A DNA stretch of 64,000 bases from Patescibacteria group bacterium (GTDB taxonomy: Bacteria > Patescibacteriota > WWE3 > UBA101185 > UBA10185): contig JBMORU010000001.1 in NCBI GenBank assembly GCA_049322215.1, positions 772,023 through 836,022 of the forward strand, read 5' to 3'. The first letter of the stretch is position 1. Each line of letters opens with the position of its first letter. Shown piece by piece: positions 1-9,936 of this stretch. A model generated the notes under the pieces. It saw nothing but the letters and a program-made list of their open reading frames with translations. It ran no database searches and was not told the DNA's origin. The position numbers were made by a program, and so were the translations under genes.

Positions 1-42
1 TTAACCGCGAAATCTATTTTGTAAACTAGCAAAAACTCGATG

Positions 43-72
43 TTGATACTATAGGGCATTTAATGCTATAAT
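43..72 (+). promoter_or_regulatory. sigma70-type promoter with ACTATAGGGCAT motif in the spacer
   Basis: TTGATA (43-48), 18 nt spacer, TGcTATAAT (-10 at 67-72); TAAGGAGG SD before ATG 108. Confidence 0.7.
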
Positions 73-107
73 TTTCCCACAAATCTTATACATATAAGGA
101 GGACTAA

Positions 108-530
108 ATGTCCAAAAGTCAATATAATAAGGGTGATGATGCTGAATTGGATGCAATCTGGAAAGAATTACAGGTTGTTATCAGGGCAATGGCCAAACTT
201 AACAAAGGCTTAAACATCGAATCCCTTCGTTTTCGCGCTTATTATCCTGGAAACCCGGGTGGTTTGAGCAGAGGTGAATTCAAAAGCTGGGTAACTGCAA
301 ATGTTTCCTATCGAGAAAAACCCGAGCTTCACAACCGTGCCGATGCAGAACTAGAAAAGCACCATAAGGTACTGAAAAAAATCTGGAAACAACTTAAGAA
401 AAGGTTTCCCAAGTTGGATCACGTTCTTGTCGCTCCACGCTACGGAAATGTTTTCGCAGAAGGTTTCCACATCGAGACCCAGGGTCCTTATGCTGCTAAC
501 TTCTATGCCAAGCCTCGTTTGAAGAAATAA
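108..530 (+). CDS. hypothetical protein (SD-led orphan)
   Basis: 140 aa ORF with promoter, strong SD and terminator; no family recognised. Confidence 0.8.
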   Translation: MSKSQYNKGDDAELDAIWKELQVVIRAMAKLNKGLNIESLRFRAYYPGNPGGLSRGEFKSWVTANVSYREKPELHNRADAELEKHHKVLKKIWKQLKKRFPKLDHVLVAPRYGNVFAEGFHIETQGPYAANFYAKPRLKK

Positions 531-539
531 CTTCTACAC

Positions 540-588
540 GCTGTTAGTTTAAGAAACTCAACCGTCTTAAACTAGCAGCTTTTTTTTT
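540..588 (+). terminator. intrinsic terminator
   Basis: gctgttagtttaaga/tcttaaactagcagc 15 bp stem followed by T run. Confidence 0.8.
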
Positions 589-632
589 GCAATGCTACAA
601 TTACCTCCCAAATTTTAATAAGGAGACTGCAA

Positions 633-863
633 ATGGAAACGACCAACAAAAGATACACTTTGGTGTACATACCCGTGTTTGATAGTTGGTATATAAAAGA
701 CAATAATGATGTTGATCCTTTAGCGCTGCTAACCTCTATGTGTTCGGTGACTATTTACATTCCAAATGCAAAGGGGTTTAAGTCGCCTGAGGGGGCAATT
801 AAATTTTTGCAACAAAAAGTTGATCCATATGTTGCCTTAAAGCAAAGCCGCGTTTTAGCTTAA
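633..863 (+). CDS. hypothetical protein (SD-led orphan)
   Basis: TGcTACAAT -10, TAAGGAG SD, 76 aa. Confidence 0.7.
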   Translation: METTNKRYTLVYIPVFDSWYIKDNNDVDPLALLTSMCSVTIYIPNAKGFKSPEGAIKFLQQKVDPYVALKQSRVLA

Positions 864-916
864 ACTCTTAGTTTTGCTATAATGACAAACACAAATCCCA
901 CTGTTAGGAGAGTACA

Positions 917-1159
917 ATGAAAAATCAGCAAAAAGATTCTTGGTTTGACGCCGTGAAGTTTTTGGGTCGTACATGGCTACACTGTCGTGGAGATAGGTTT
1001 TATACCCTTGAGGAAATTTCCAAACGCACAGGTTTCTCAAAGGGTGAAACTACCTATCTTGTAAAAATTCGTTTACAGCATTGGTTCCTTGAGAGTCCTT
1101 TAGGTAACGGACAGTATAAACGTATTAAAAAAGGTAAATACGTTAAACCAAATCATTGA
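917..1159 (+). CDS. small basic protein, possible winged-HTH DNA-binding protein
   Basis: TGcTATAAT -10 and AGGAG SD; YTLEEISKRTGFSKGETTYLVK resembles an HTH; followed by hairpin 1168-1206. Confidence 0.55.
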   Translation: MKNQQKDSWFDAVKFLGRTWLHCRGDRFYTLEEISKRTGFSKGETTYLVKIRLQHWFLESPLGNGQYKRIKKGKYVKPNH

Positions 1160-1241
1160 GCAAAAAAAGAAATGAGGTTTTTACTTTTAATAAAAGCCTC
1201 ATTTCTCCTTAATTCCAAAGTATAGTAGTATTCTTGTTGTT

Positions 1242-3242
1242 ATGAACTTCAAACGCTTTATTCCGTTGATTGCCTTGTTTGTTTTAGTTGGTGCTTATAT
1301 TGTTTTCAACTTACCTGCAAGTAATCAATCAACACTTAAAAAAATTACAAATAAAAGTACAAATTCTCCTGTGGTTTTAGTGGGTGAAAGTTGGAGTATT
1401 GGCGAAATCAAGTCTGATTATGAGGTAAGTAGTGAACTGTTACCTTTTAGGTCAAGTGCATGGTGGAAGCACCCTGAAATAAACAATTGTAATACTTATG
1501 TTTATCCCTACCCTTATGTTTTAGAATTAAATAGCAATAAAATAGGTGTTGGTATTTTATCACCATTACCATCAAAAGATTTTGTTGTTGGAAAAAAGGC
1601 AGGATTAATAAACTTTACTTTTAATGGTGAATTCACTAAGTGTGGTGTGACAAGTGCGCAACAATTAAGTGCTGACTTCAATTTAAAAAATGACAGCACC
1701 ACTGTAAATATTTTTGCAGCTAAGGGGTTAGGATATATTTATTTTGATACAAATGCTACAACATTATCACTTGAAGCCGCTGAAATTTCTAAATTAGAAA
1801 ATTTTGACAATAGAGTAATTGCCACTACTAACGAAACTACATTTGGTATAGAGTTTAATTCTTCAGTTAATATTGAAGATAAAAATAAAATTACTTCTAC
1901 TAATAGCGATTCCCTAAAATTTTCAGTATTTTTAATGCCAAATGGTTATACAAATGACCTGTTTGCAAATGTTCCGCAAAATAAAGTTGATTTCATAAGC
2001 ACATTCTCACAATCGGAGGACTCATATATGCAGGAATTCAAATTGAGCGAAGCAGTGCCCGTATATTTAATGCCTCATCACTACATCAATAAAGAAAACC
2101 CAAGCGAAGTTTTTGTTTCAACACTTAGAGGAAACATGCGACTTGAAGTTACCGATTTTTTCACAGCAGAAATTCCAAACTATTTGCAACAAGTTCCTAA
2201 ACAAATAAAACTTACAGAACAACAAAAACAAACTTTAGCTACACAGTTAAGAAAAGATATAGGAACCTTTGAAGACTTAAAAAATGCAGATGGAATTTAC
2301 TGGAAAGGTAAAACTTTAGCAAAGTATGTGAATTTACTATACGTGGCAAATTTGGTAGAAGATAAGACTAGCTATGACTTAATTTTTAATGAAATATCTA
2401 CAGAGTTAGACGATTGGTTTTTATTGAGCTCTTTAAGTGATAAAAAATACTTTTCATACGATAACAATTTGGGTGGTTTAGTAAGCAGTTCTGAAGAGTT
2501 TGGTCATCAAGAATACAATGATCATCATTTTCATTATGGATATTGGGTGTACACAATGGGAATGCTTGCCGAGTTAGAACCAAACTATGCGAAAAAATAT
2601 TCTACATTAGTTGATTATTTAATTAGAGATGTTGCAAGCAATGATATGTACGACCCTAGTTTTCCTTATTTAAGACACTTTGATTTATATGAAGGTCATA
2701 GTTATGCCTCTGGTTTAGTATATTTTGCAGATGGAAATAATCAGGAATCCACATCAGAAGCAGTAAACTTTTGGTATGGAGCACACAAATGGTACAACGC
2801 AATGCAAATGGCAGATAAAGCGGATTGGTATTCTGTTGCCTATAATTTAGAGGCCTTTACTTCTAATGTTTATTATCACAATACCTATAATTTGAGCGAT
2901 GTTTTTCCGCCAGAGTACAAACACGAATTAGCCTCTATAGTTTGGGAAGGAAAATATGACTTTGCAACTTGGTTTAGTGCTGATCCAAATGCAATTCATG
3001 GTATTCAAATACTTCCTGTTACATTTGGTTCATACTATTTAAACAACTCTGAGTATGCTAAGCGTAAAATAACTAGTTTAAACAATGAAGCCTTAGAAAA
3101 GTCTTGGGGTGATATAAATTTAGGTTATGAAATAATTAATGGTTTGGCAAAAGAGCAAGATATAGAAAATGTTGTCATTACAGATTCAGGTATTACAAAA
3201 ACATGGCTTTATATGTTACTATACGCAAAGGATATAGGTTAA
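1242..3242 (+). CDS. GH81 endo-1,3(4)-beta-glucanase, membrane-anchored or secreted
   Basis: N-terminal hydrophobic segment; GH81 signatures YNDHHFHYGY, GHSYASG, DGNNQESTSEA, IHGIQILP. Confidence 0.85.
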   Translation: MNFKRFIPLIALFVLVGAYIVFNLPASNQSTLKKITNKSTNSPVVLVGESWSIGEIKSDYEVSSELLPFRSSAWWKHPEINNCNTYVYPYPYVLELNSNKIGVGILSPLPSKDFVVGKKAGLINFTFNGEFTKCGVTSAQQLSADFNLKNDSTTVNIFAAKGLGYIYFDTNATTLSLEAAEISKLENFDNRVIATTNETTFGIEFNSSVNIEDKNKITSTNSDSLKFSVFLMPNGYTNDLFANVPQNKVDFISTFSQSEDSYMQEFKLSEAVPVYLMPHHYINKENPSEVFVSTLRGNMRLEVTDFFTAEIPNYLQQVPKQIKLTEQQKQTLATQLRKDIGTFEDLKNADGIYWKGKTLAKYVNLLYVANLVEDKTSYDLIFNEISTELDDWFLLSSLSDKKYFSYDNNLGGLVSSSEEFGHQEYNDHHFHYGYWVYTMGMLAELEPNYAKKYSTLVDYLIRDVASNDMYDPSFPYLRHFDLYEGHSYASGLVYFADGNNQESTSEAVNFWYGAHKWYNAMQMADKADWYSVAYNLEAFTSNVYYHNTYNLSDVFPPEYKHELASIVWEGKYDFATWFSADPNAIHGIQILPVTFGSYYLNNSEYAKRKITSLNNEALEKSWGDINLGYEIINGLAKEQDIENVVITDSGITKTWLYMLLYAKDIG

Positions 3243-3295
3243 TTTAATAATTATCTCTAAATTACTCCTATTAATTATAATAGGATTTTTTGCGC

Positions 3296-4816
3296 ATGAA
3301 GACTATAAACAAGCTTAATCAAAAGAAGGTGATATCTCCGGCTATTACAACAATAGTCGCACTTTCAATTTTTTCAGGACTTTACTACTTAATATTCCTT
3401 TTTAATTCAGACAATATTAGCGACTTTTTATTTTATTCAGTTGCAGTAATTGTTGAACTTTACGTTATTGTTACAGCAATTTTCACTTGGTGGACAATAA
3501 TCTTTCATGATAAAGGTGTAGAAATTGTAAAAGAATTTAAATCCAGTGGTAAGCCTTTTCAAGGGAATGTGGCAGTAATACTTGCTGTTTATACAGAACC
3601 ATTAAGAATTGTTGAAGAAACACTTAATGCATGTAAAAACTTAACTGTTCCACACACTTTGTACGTTGGCGATGATAGTGGTCGTTATGAAGTAAAAGCT
3701 TTAGCTGAAAAATACGGAGCTATTTACATTTCAAGAGAAAAAAACACATATAATAAGTCAGGTAATATAAACAATGTTTTATCTCAGGTTAAAGAAGATT
3801 TTGTGGTTACATTTGATATAGACCATAAACCTTTACCACAATTTTTAGAAAAAACACTTCCATATTTTAATGATGCTGAGGTTGCCTTTGTGCAAACTCC
3901 GCAATATTACACAAATACAAGTTCTACTATAGCTAAAGGAGCCTCTGGTGCGCAAAACATTTTTTACGAATTAATTATGCCAGGCAAAAACGCATTTAAT
4001 TCTGCAATTTGTGTTGGTACAAATGTTATTTACAGAAAAAAAGCACTAGATGAGGTTTTAAATGGAGGCATATATTTATTAGACCACTCAGAAGATATTT
4101 ACACAGGCTTAACGTTGCATGCCGCAGGCTGGAAATCTGCTTATGTACCCGAAGTATTGGCTGAAGGTTTAGCTCCAACCGAAATAGATTCTTATTTTAG
4201 ACAGCAGTTACGTTGGGCAAGAGGCGGTTTTAGTATTTTATTTAATTTCAATAAACTGTTTAGTAAAAAACTAACTATTGAACAAAAAGCTCAGTACGTT
4301 TTTTCTACGCTACATTATTTTAGTGGTTTTGCCATTTTGTTTTATTTACTAATGCCTATAGTTTATTTATTAACTGGAATAAAACCTTTTGCAGTTGCTG
4401 ATTCCACTACATGGATACTACATTTTATGCCGTTTTTCTTATCAAAATTTTTACTAATTTTGTACTTAATGGAACACTTTGATCCTGCACTTTTGTCTAC
4501 TTCTTTGGGTTTGTTTCCTGTGTACATAAAGGCGTTTTTTATAGAACTATTAGGAAAAAAAGACTACAGCTGGGAAGTAACCAATAGCGAAGAGCTAAGT
4601 AATAACGAAAAACGCTCTGTATATGATTATTTAGTTTCACACGTATTTATAATTTTGTTGTCTCTTGTGGCAATATTTACCGGCTTAATAACTCTTCAGG
4701 ATAAAGTAACTGCATTTATGTTTTCATTTTGGGCAGGAGTAAATGTAATTTTACTTATTCACTTTATTTATGCAGCTTTAGAAAAAAAGACCGAGGTAAA
4801 AATATATGACTTTTAA
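3296..4816 (+). CDS. GT2 processive beta-glucan synthase (cellulose synthase-like, no PilZ)
   Basis: DD, KSGN, DxD (DID), QTPQ, SED and QQLRW motifs; flanking TM helices; start placed at ATG 3296. Confidence 0.88.
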   Translation: MKTINKLNQKKVISPAITTIVALSIFSGLYYLIFLFNSDNISDFLFYSVAVIVELYVIVTAIFTWWTIIFHDKGVEIVKEFKSSGKPFQGNVAVILAVYTEPLRIVEETLNACKNLTVPHTLYVGDDSGRYEVKALAEKYGAIYISREKNTYNKSGNINNVLSQVKEDFVVTFDIDHKPLPQFLEKTLPYFNDAEVAFVQTPQYYTNTSSTIAKGASGAQNIFYELIMPGKNAFNSAICVGTNVIYRKKALDEVLNGGIYLLDHSEDIYTGLTLHAAGWKSAYVPEVLAEGLAPTEIDSYFRQQLRWARGGFSILFNFNKLFSKKLTIEQKAQYVFSTLHYFSGFAILFYLLMPIVYLLTGIKPFAVADSTTWILHFMPFFLSKFLLILYLMEHFDPALLSTSLGLFPVYIKAFFIELLGKKDYSWEVTNSEELSNNEKRSVYDYLVSHVFIILLSLVAIFTGLITLQDKVTAFMFSFWAGVNVILLIHFIYAALEKKTEVKIYDF

Positions 4817-5585
4817 AAACATAAAAATTTTATTTAAATATTTGTTTATATTTGTTGTTGTTATTAGTATTGGGTATTTCAGGCTATCTAAGGCAAACAC
4901 CGCTCGCAATGATTATTATCAAATAGAAGGTCATTTAGAATATGATGAAGTGCTAATTGGTACTTATGTATCGGGAACTGTTAAAGAGGTTTTGGTTGAT
5001 AAAGGTGATTATATAGAAAAAGGAGATTTATTAATGAAACTTGAGAATGATGTTTTGGTAGAAAAAGTTTCTGGTATGGATCCTTCTAGTCCTTATTTTA
5101 ACGAGCCTGAGTTTAGAGAGCTATACAAAAAAATTCAGTATTTAGACGTTTACGCACCTCAGAGTGGTTATATTATTGAATTAAATTACGAGAAAAACTC
5201 TTTTGTACGAGAAAATGAAATTTTAGCTATATTAGCCCCTCAAGATTCGTTTAAGTATGCTGGAAAAATTGATTATGGAACAAAGTATGGTTCTGGGGTT
5301 GAGCTGCGAGATGCTATAGTTAAAGGTACGCCTGTTCAAATTAAATTTGAGGGTTCTACCGATAAAGTTAGTTCAAAAGTTGTAGATGTAACCCCTGTTA
5401 CAGATGATTTGGGCACAAATTTGGGTGCTGATTTAATACTTTTAGAACAAAGTACTAATGGAACTCTAATTTTAGGTAAAAAGTTTGATATTTTGATAGC
5501 TAAGAAAAACCCTACACAAAAACTAACTGATGCCGCAAAAGAATTTTTTGAGCCAGCATACGTAAGCGGATATGTTAAAAATTAA
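4806..5585 (+). CDS. HlyD/biotinyl-lipoyl-like periplasmic adaptor protein
   Basis: N-terminal TM; VSGTVKEVLVDKGDYIEKGDLL and APQSGYI lipoyl-hybrid half motifs; overlaps both neighbours. Confidence 0.7.
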   Translation: MTFKNIKILFKYLFIFVVVISIGYFRLSKANTARNDYYQIEGHLEYDEVLIGTYVSGTVKEVLVDKGDYIEKGDLLMKLENDVLVEKVSGMDPSSPYFNEPEFRELYKKIQYLDVYAPQSGYIIELNYEKNSFVRENEILAILAPQDSFKYAGKIDYGTKYGSGVELRDAIVKGTPVQIKFEGSTDKVSSKVVDVTPVTDDLGTNLGADLILLEQSTNGTLILGKKFDILIAKKNPTQKLTDAAKEFFEPAYVSGYVKN

Positions 5586-7584
5586 ACAACTAATTGCAGA
5601 CATTTTATTTTTACTTTTAATAAGCTCATTTATTGTGAGTGTGTTTTCATTTACTTGGGAAGGTAAATACATAAATACAGGTTATAACGATTGGATTAAT
5701 ATGGCCTATCGAATCTCTTTAGTAAGAGAGTTTGGTTTAACTCATTGGACTCACTTAAGCGGTAATGGTCACAACATTTGGCAGGCCTATCAGTTTATTC
5801 CACAAATTTTAGTAGCTGAATATTCAAAGTTTATGAGCATTTCTGTTACATCTGCTATGTTACGTGTTACATTGGTTGGTTTAATTTTTATGTATTCCAC
5901 TATGTACTTTCTTTTAAGAAAATTCAAAGTCCCCGCATTTTTGGCTTTTGTAACTACTTTCGTTGCCATTGGTGTTCCTCAAATGATGATAAGCATTTGG
6001 GACTTCAGCATTTTCATAGGCTTAGTGTTTGTTCCGTTGTTTTTATACTTAATTTTAAAAAGAGATAAAGAATTTGAAATTGACTTTGTACCTTTTGCGA
6101 TTGGCGTTTCACCCTATATTCATCCAATTTTAAGTTTTAGCACCTTAGCTATACTGGTGCTTTACAACATAATGAATAAAAGATTTAAACAGCTAGCAGC
6201 TGATATGTTTTTTATTATGTTACTGTTTGGCTTTTATATTTCAGGGGCCTTTTTTTATTCAGGTACGTTTTATTATGCAGCTTTCCTGGATAATATGTAT
6301 TTTTTACGTCAAATGACTACTTTTGCTAATTATGGTATTTCTTTATCTACCTTTGCGTTTATTGTTATTTTTTCACTATTGGCATTTTTTAATATATTTA
6401 AGCTTAAAAAATCCGGCAAAAACTTTTTAATGCTTTTTTCATTTTTTATTGTAATTTTAGTTTGGTTAACTGCTACTTATTCATATGAACTGCCGACCAT
6501 CCTCAATAGATTTCAAGTACCACGTTGGATTCCTTTTGCTGTATTGCCCTTACTTTTTGGCATAGGCCTATCTTTAAGTGAATTATCTAAATATACTAAG
6601 TCACCTCGAATGCTAAAAGTTATTGCCTTATTTGTTTTTTGCTTCTTTATTGTTGAAAATACTAGTAACAACTTTTTAACTTCAATTTCACGCTACTCTT
6701 CAATTTCTCAAAACAATTATCAAGATCCTTTAACAGTATTCGAGCAGCAAAACAACATAAAGCTTACTAACTGGGAAAGAGTTTATGCTTTGCACCCCAC
6801 AGAAGTAGCGTTTTATCATTTTAATGACGTTCGAGTAGAGGGTTCGTATTATCACTTTTTATCTAGCCCGATAACATATTTAATTGAAGAAGCTACATTA
6901 ACTCCTAATTATGATAAAGCGCTGTTACAAACGGTTTTAAATTATTATAAGAGTAGGGGAATAAACTACATTATTTTGCCTTCAAACTTATCTGTAACAA
7001 CTGGCTTAGTAAATAATATTAAAGAGTTTCCAGAAATAGAGCTGTTAGATACTGTTGAAAAAATAGATGGAACAGAGTACACAGTTTTTAAAAGTAATTG
7101 GAAATTTACTGATGCTCTTGTATACGATACTACCTATGAGTTTCCCGAATTTGACTACAGCGCATTTGAATACCCCTGGGATCGTGAGTATGTAGATTTG
7201 TACGTAAATGAGTTTGCCAATACTTTATCAAGCGGTGTCCCCTTTAAAGTAACTTATCCTAGCCAGGAGTCAATTTATATTTCGGGGATTCCACCTAAGA
7301 AAGAGGTTTTATTACTTTCTCAATATGATTTTAATTGGTCGGCTAGTGATTCTAACAGTGAAAAAGTTGAAATATTACAAACTGGACCTGGTTATATGCT
7401 TATAAGGAATGACACCAATATAAATAAAAACGTTTTACTAACGCATTTAGAACCAAAATCCGACTATTACGGGAAATTAGTAACTAAAGCAGGTTTATTA
7501 GCATGGCTTATTTCTTTTATTGTTTGGCAATGCTATTTTTATATCAAGCAAAAGAGGACTATAATTACCAATACTAATCCCTAA
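5572..7584 (+). CDS. polytopic membrane protein, YfhO/GT-C-like
   Basis: About 10 N-terminal TMs, large soluble domain, C-terminal TM; in operon with GT2. Confidence 0.55.
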   Translation: MLKIKQLIADILFLLLISSFIVSVFSFTWEGKYINTGYNDWINMAYRISLVREFGLTHWTHLSGNGHNIWQAYQFIPQILVAEYSKFMSISVTSAMLRVTLVGLIFMYSTMYFLLRKFKVPAFLAFVTTFVAIGVPQMMISIWDFSIFIGLVFVPLFLYLILKRDKEFEIDFVPFAIGVSPYIHPILSFSTLAILVLYNIMNKRFKQLAADMFFIMLLFGFYISGAFFYSGTFYYAAFLDNMYFLRQMTTFANYGISLSTFAFIVIFSLLAFFNIFKLKKSGKNFLMLFSFFIVILVWLTATYSYELPTILNRFQVPRWIPFAVLPLLFGIGLSLSELSKYTKSPRMLKVIALFVFCFFIVENTSNNFLTSISRYSSISQNNYQDPLTVFEQQNNIKLTNWERVYALHPTEVAFYHFNDVRVEGSYYHFLSSPITYLIEEATLTPNYDKALLQTVLNYYKSRGINYIILPSNLSVTTGLVNNIKEFPEIELLDTVEKIDGTEYTVFKSNWKFTDALVYDTTYEFPEFDYSAFEYPWDREYVDLYVNEFANTLSSGVPFKVTYPSQESIYISGIPPKKEVLLLSQYDFNWSASDSNSEKVEILQTGPGYMLIRNDTNINKNVLLTHLEPKSDYYGKLVTKAGLLAWLISFIVWQCYFYIKQKRTIITNTNP

Positions 7585-7599
7585 GAAAAGGAGCTAAAT

Positions 7600-7956
7600 A
7601 TGGCATTTATAACAAATTGTCCCAACGGTTTGGATACTTATGTTTATTTGTATTGTTCAGAGTGTGGTTCTTGGAATCCTGTCAAAATTGGAGGTCCTGG
7701 TAAAAAACCTGTGTCCCCCTCAATGTTACTCAACGTACTCGCATTGGTTTTTGATTGTTTGATTCCATTTTCGGTACCGTCTTTATTGGCTCAGTATCTT
7801 CAAACAAGCCCAATTAGTTGGTTTAAATGTACTTGTTGTGGGCATGAGTTTTGTTATGACTCACGTGTGTATTTAGATAACCCACTAAACTACACCATTG
7901 AAGATGCTCGAAAAGCTGGTGCCGATTGTGAACGCTCCCTTACTATGTATGCGTAA
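7600..7956 (+). CDS. zinc-ribbon protein with central hydrophobic segment
   Basis: CSECG and CTCCG Cys pairs; AAAGGAG SD; 17 bp-stem terminator 7951-7997. Confidence 0.65.
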   Translation: MAFITNCPNGLDTYVYLYCSECGSWNPVKIGGPGKKPVSPSMLLNVLALVFDCLIPFSVPSLLAQYLQTSPISWFKCTCCGHEFCYDSRVYLDNPLNYTIEDARKAGADCERSLTMYA

Positions 7957-8087
7957 TGAGAAAGGTAAACTGTATTTTTCTCATTACGCTTTTTTTATCC
8001 CTTCGCATCCCAGTAACCCATAGCATTGAACAATTGATGTTTATGTAGTAAAATATCTTAACAAATCAACATAAAAAGGAGAGTCGC

Positions 8088-8519
8088 ATGTTTGACTTTA
8101 GTTGGTTAAGGAAACTTTTTGGTAGTGGAAAAGCAAATAAAATAACTTTTCCCGGGTCCGTTAGTGTTTCGACACAGGTTGGCTTAGGTGCAGAAAAAGC
8201 TCAGCAAATTGCTGGAGTACTGCTAGTAAACCTGCAAATGCATTTTAGCTATACATTGCAAAACCAGCGTGTTATCGCCCAATTACGAAAGGCTTTGGAA
8301 AACCAAGAAAACTACGAGTGGTTACCTCAAAGCTGGTCCCAAATTTACACAACAAAAGATGATCTTGTTTTACTTGGATTTCGCTTGCGTTGGCTTGAAA
8401 GTGGACATCCTTACTTTGATATACGCACTGCACCGAAAGATCGTCTTGCCCTGTCGAGTTGGAACATAAGGCTAAGTTCTGAAATCTACGACCGTTGGAT
8501 TAAAGGACAATTCCGTTAA
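8088..8519 (+). CDS. hypothetical protein (SD-led orphan)
   Basis: TTGAAC-17-TAAAAT promoter (8026-8054), AAAGGAG SD, terminator 8526-8571. Confidence 0.75.
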   Translation: MFDFSWLRKLFGSGKANKITFPGSVSVSTQVGLGAEKAQQIAGVLLVNLQMHFSYTLQNQRVIAQLRKALENQENYEWLPQSWSQIYTTKDDLVLLGFRLRWLESGHPYFDIRTAPKDRLALSSWNIRLSSEIYDRWIKGQFR

Positions 8520-8626
8520 CATTTCGCCGTATTTAGTACCTAAGCTTTTGTACTAAATGCGGCTTTTTTTTATTTTGCTAATTTTTGGTAAAATCTACTC
8601 ATACAAGCAAAGGAGATTCAAATACA

Positions 8627-9481
8627 ATGAAAAACTTTAACTACTTTTTTGAGCAACCTTTATTTAGGGGAATTTACGGACTGCATGTAATAAGTAATCC
8701 CGAACTCAATTTGGCATTACCTACGGTTTTAATTGTGGTTGGACCCTCTGGTGGAGGTAAAGATACTGTTTTAAGAGACTTGTTTGCAGATGGAACATAT
8801 GTTCATGCTATAACTTCAACAACGAGACGTCGCAGATATGAGTTTGCAGATGATGTTTCTGCGGATAAAAGAGTACAAATTCAGCAGCAACTAGAGAACC
8901 TAACTGACGGTGCCTACCTAGATTGTTTGGACGAGCTGGGCAAAGAGTCTGGTTTGTTTAAGTATCTTGAGTCTCGCGATGCGTACCTATGGCTAAGATC
9001 AAGAAAGCCGGAAGAAGAAGACGATGTTGTTTATCTGCAGCACTTAATTGATGAGTACGACTTAATTGAGTCAGATATACATCACGGAAATATTTACGGA
9101 TTGCCTAAAGCTAACTTGTATGCAGCGGCTCAAAAACCAGGTTTAACAGTTATTAGAACAGAACCTACTGGTGCAAAAACTCTTCTACAAAAACTGTCAG
9201 TGGAGTTTAACGTAGTGGTTTTAGGTGTAGTACCTGATTCACCAGAGGTAGTCAAAGCTAGAATTTTTGCAAGAGTAGAGCAATCAGGTAAGGGTGATGA
9301 AAACCCAGAATTACGTTTTAATGAATCTATGGTTTGGGTAGATGGATTTCCTGCTTTGGTTCATTTGGTGTTGCACAATACCGAAAAAAATGTGAATTAT
9401 CCTGGATTAGATGAACCTATAAAAGGTCTAGAAGCCTCTGTTTTAAGTTTAAGAGCCTTGGCACAGCAACTTAAACCTTAA
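8627..9481 (+). CDS. divergent guanylate kinase-like P-loop protein
   Basis: GPSGGGKDT Walker A, TSTTR, HGNIYG as in Gmk, with a long insertion; AAGGAG SD supports ATG 8627. Confidence 0.65.
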   Translation: MKNFNYFFEQPLFRGIYGLHVISNPELNLALPTVLIVVGPSGGGKDTVLRDLFADGTYVHAITSTTRRRRYEFADDVSADKRVQIQQQLENLTDGAYLDCLDELGKESGLFKYLESRDAYLWLRSRKPEEEDDVVYLQHLIDEYDLIESDIHHGNIYGLPKANLYAAAQKPGLTVIRTEPTGAKTLLQKLSVEFNVVVLGVVPDSPEVVKARIFARVEQSGKGDENPELRFNESMVWVDGFPALVHLVLHNTEKNVNYPGLDEPIKGLEASVLSLRALAQQLKP

Positions 9482-9512
9482 AACTAAGCTAATGTAAATA
9501 AAGGAGAAAATC

Positions 9513-9857
9513 ATGAGAGATGAAGTGCCCAATTTAGAGGCAGAGTACGCAGTACATACACAATGTGTTATAGAAATGCCTAGCCCTACTCGCCAAGGTA
9601 GGTTTAGATATTTTTTAATTGCCTATGCACCAGATGCCCCTGACGCCTATGATGATCTAATTGTTCGTAAGGGCTTTCGTGGCGGTTTGAACATTTACAC
9701 TTTAGACGAAGCCGAAGAGCATGGATTGCCCTCGGCTGTTATTACCAGATTAGTCTATTTAAGTGATAAAGACTGGGCAGGTGCGGATGCTATGCGTAAA
9801 AAGCAAAATAGGCGACCAGGAAGCGGTAAACGGTTACCTTCTCGTTTGGTTGCTTAA
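9513..9857 (+). CDS. hypothetical protein (SD-led orphan)
   Basis: AAAGGAG SD; terminator agacagtgaaattct/agaatttcgctgtct at about 9865-9915. Confidence 0.7.
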   Translation: MRDEVPNLEAEYAVHTQCVIEMPSPTRQGRFRYFLIAYAPDAPDAYDDLIVRKGFRGGLNIYTLDEAEEHGLPSAVITRLVYLSDKDWAGADAMRKKQNRRPGSGKRLPSRLVA

Positions 9858-9936
9858 AATACAAAGACAGTGAAATTCTACAAAGTATCAAGAATTTCGC
9901 TGTCTATTTTTTTTTCAATAAGTTATTATTAGTTCA

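Noticed and set aside
108-1159. Prophage remnant
   Set aside because: No structural, terminase or integrase genes; the same cassette style is dispersed among core genes.
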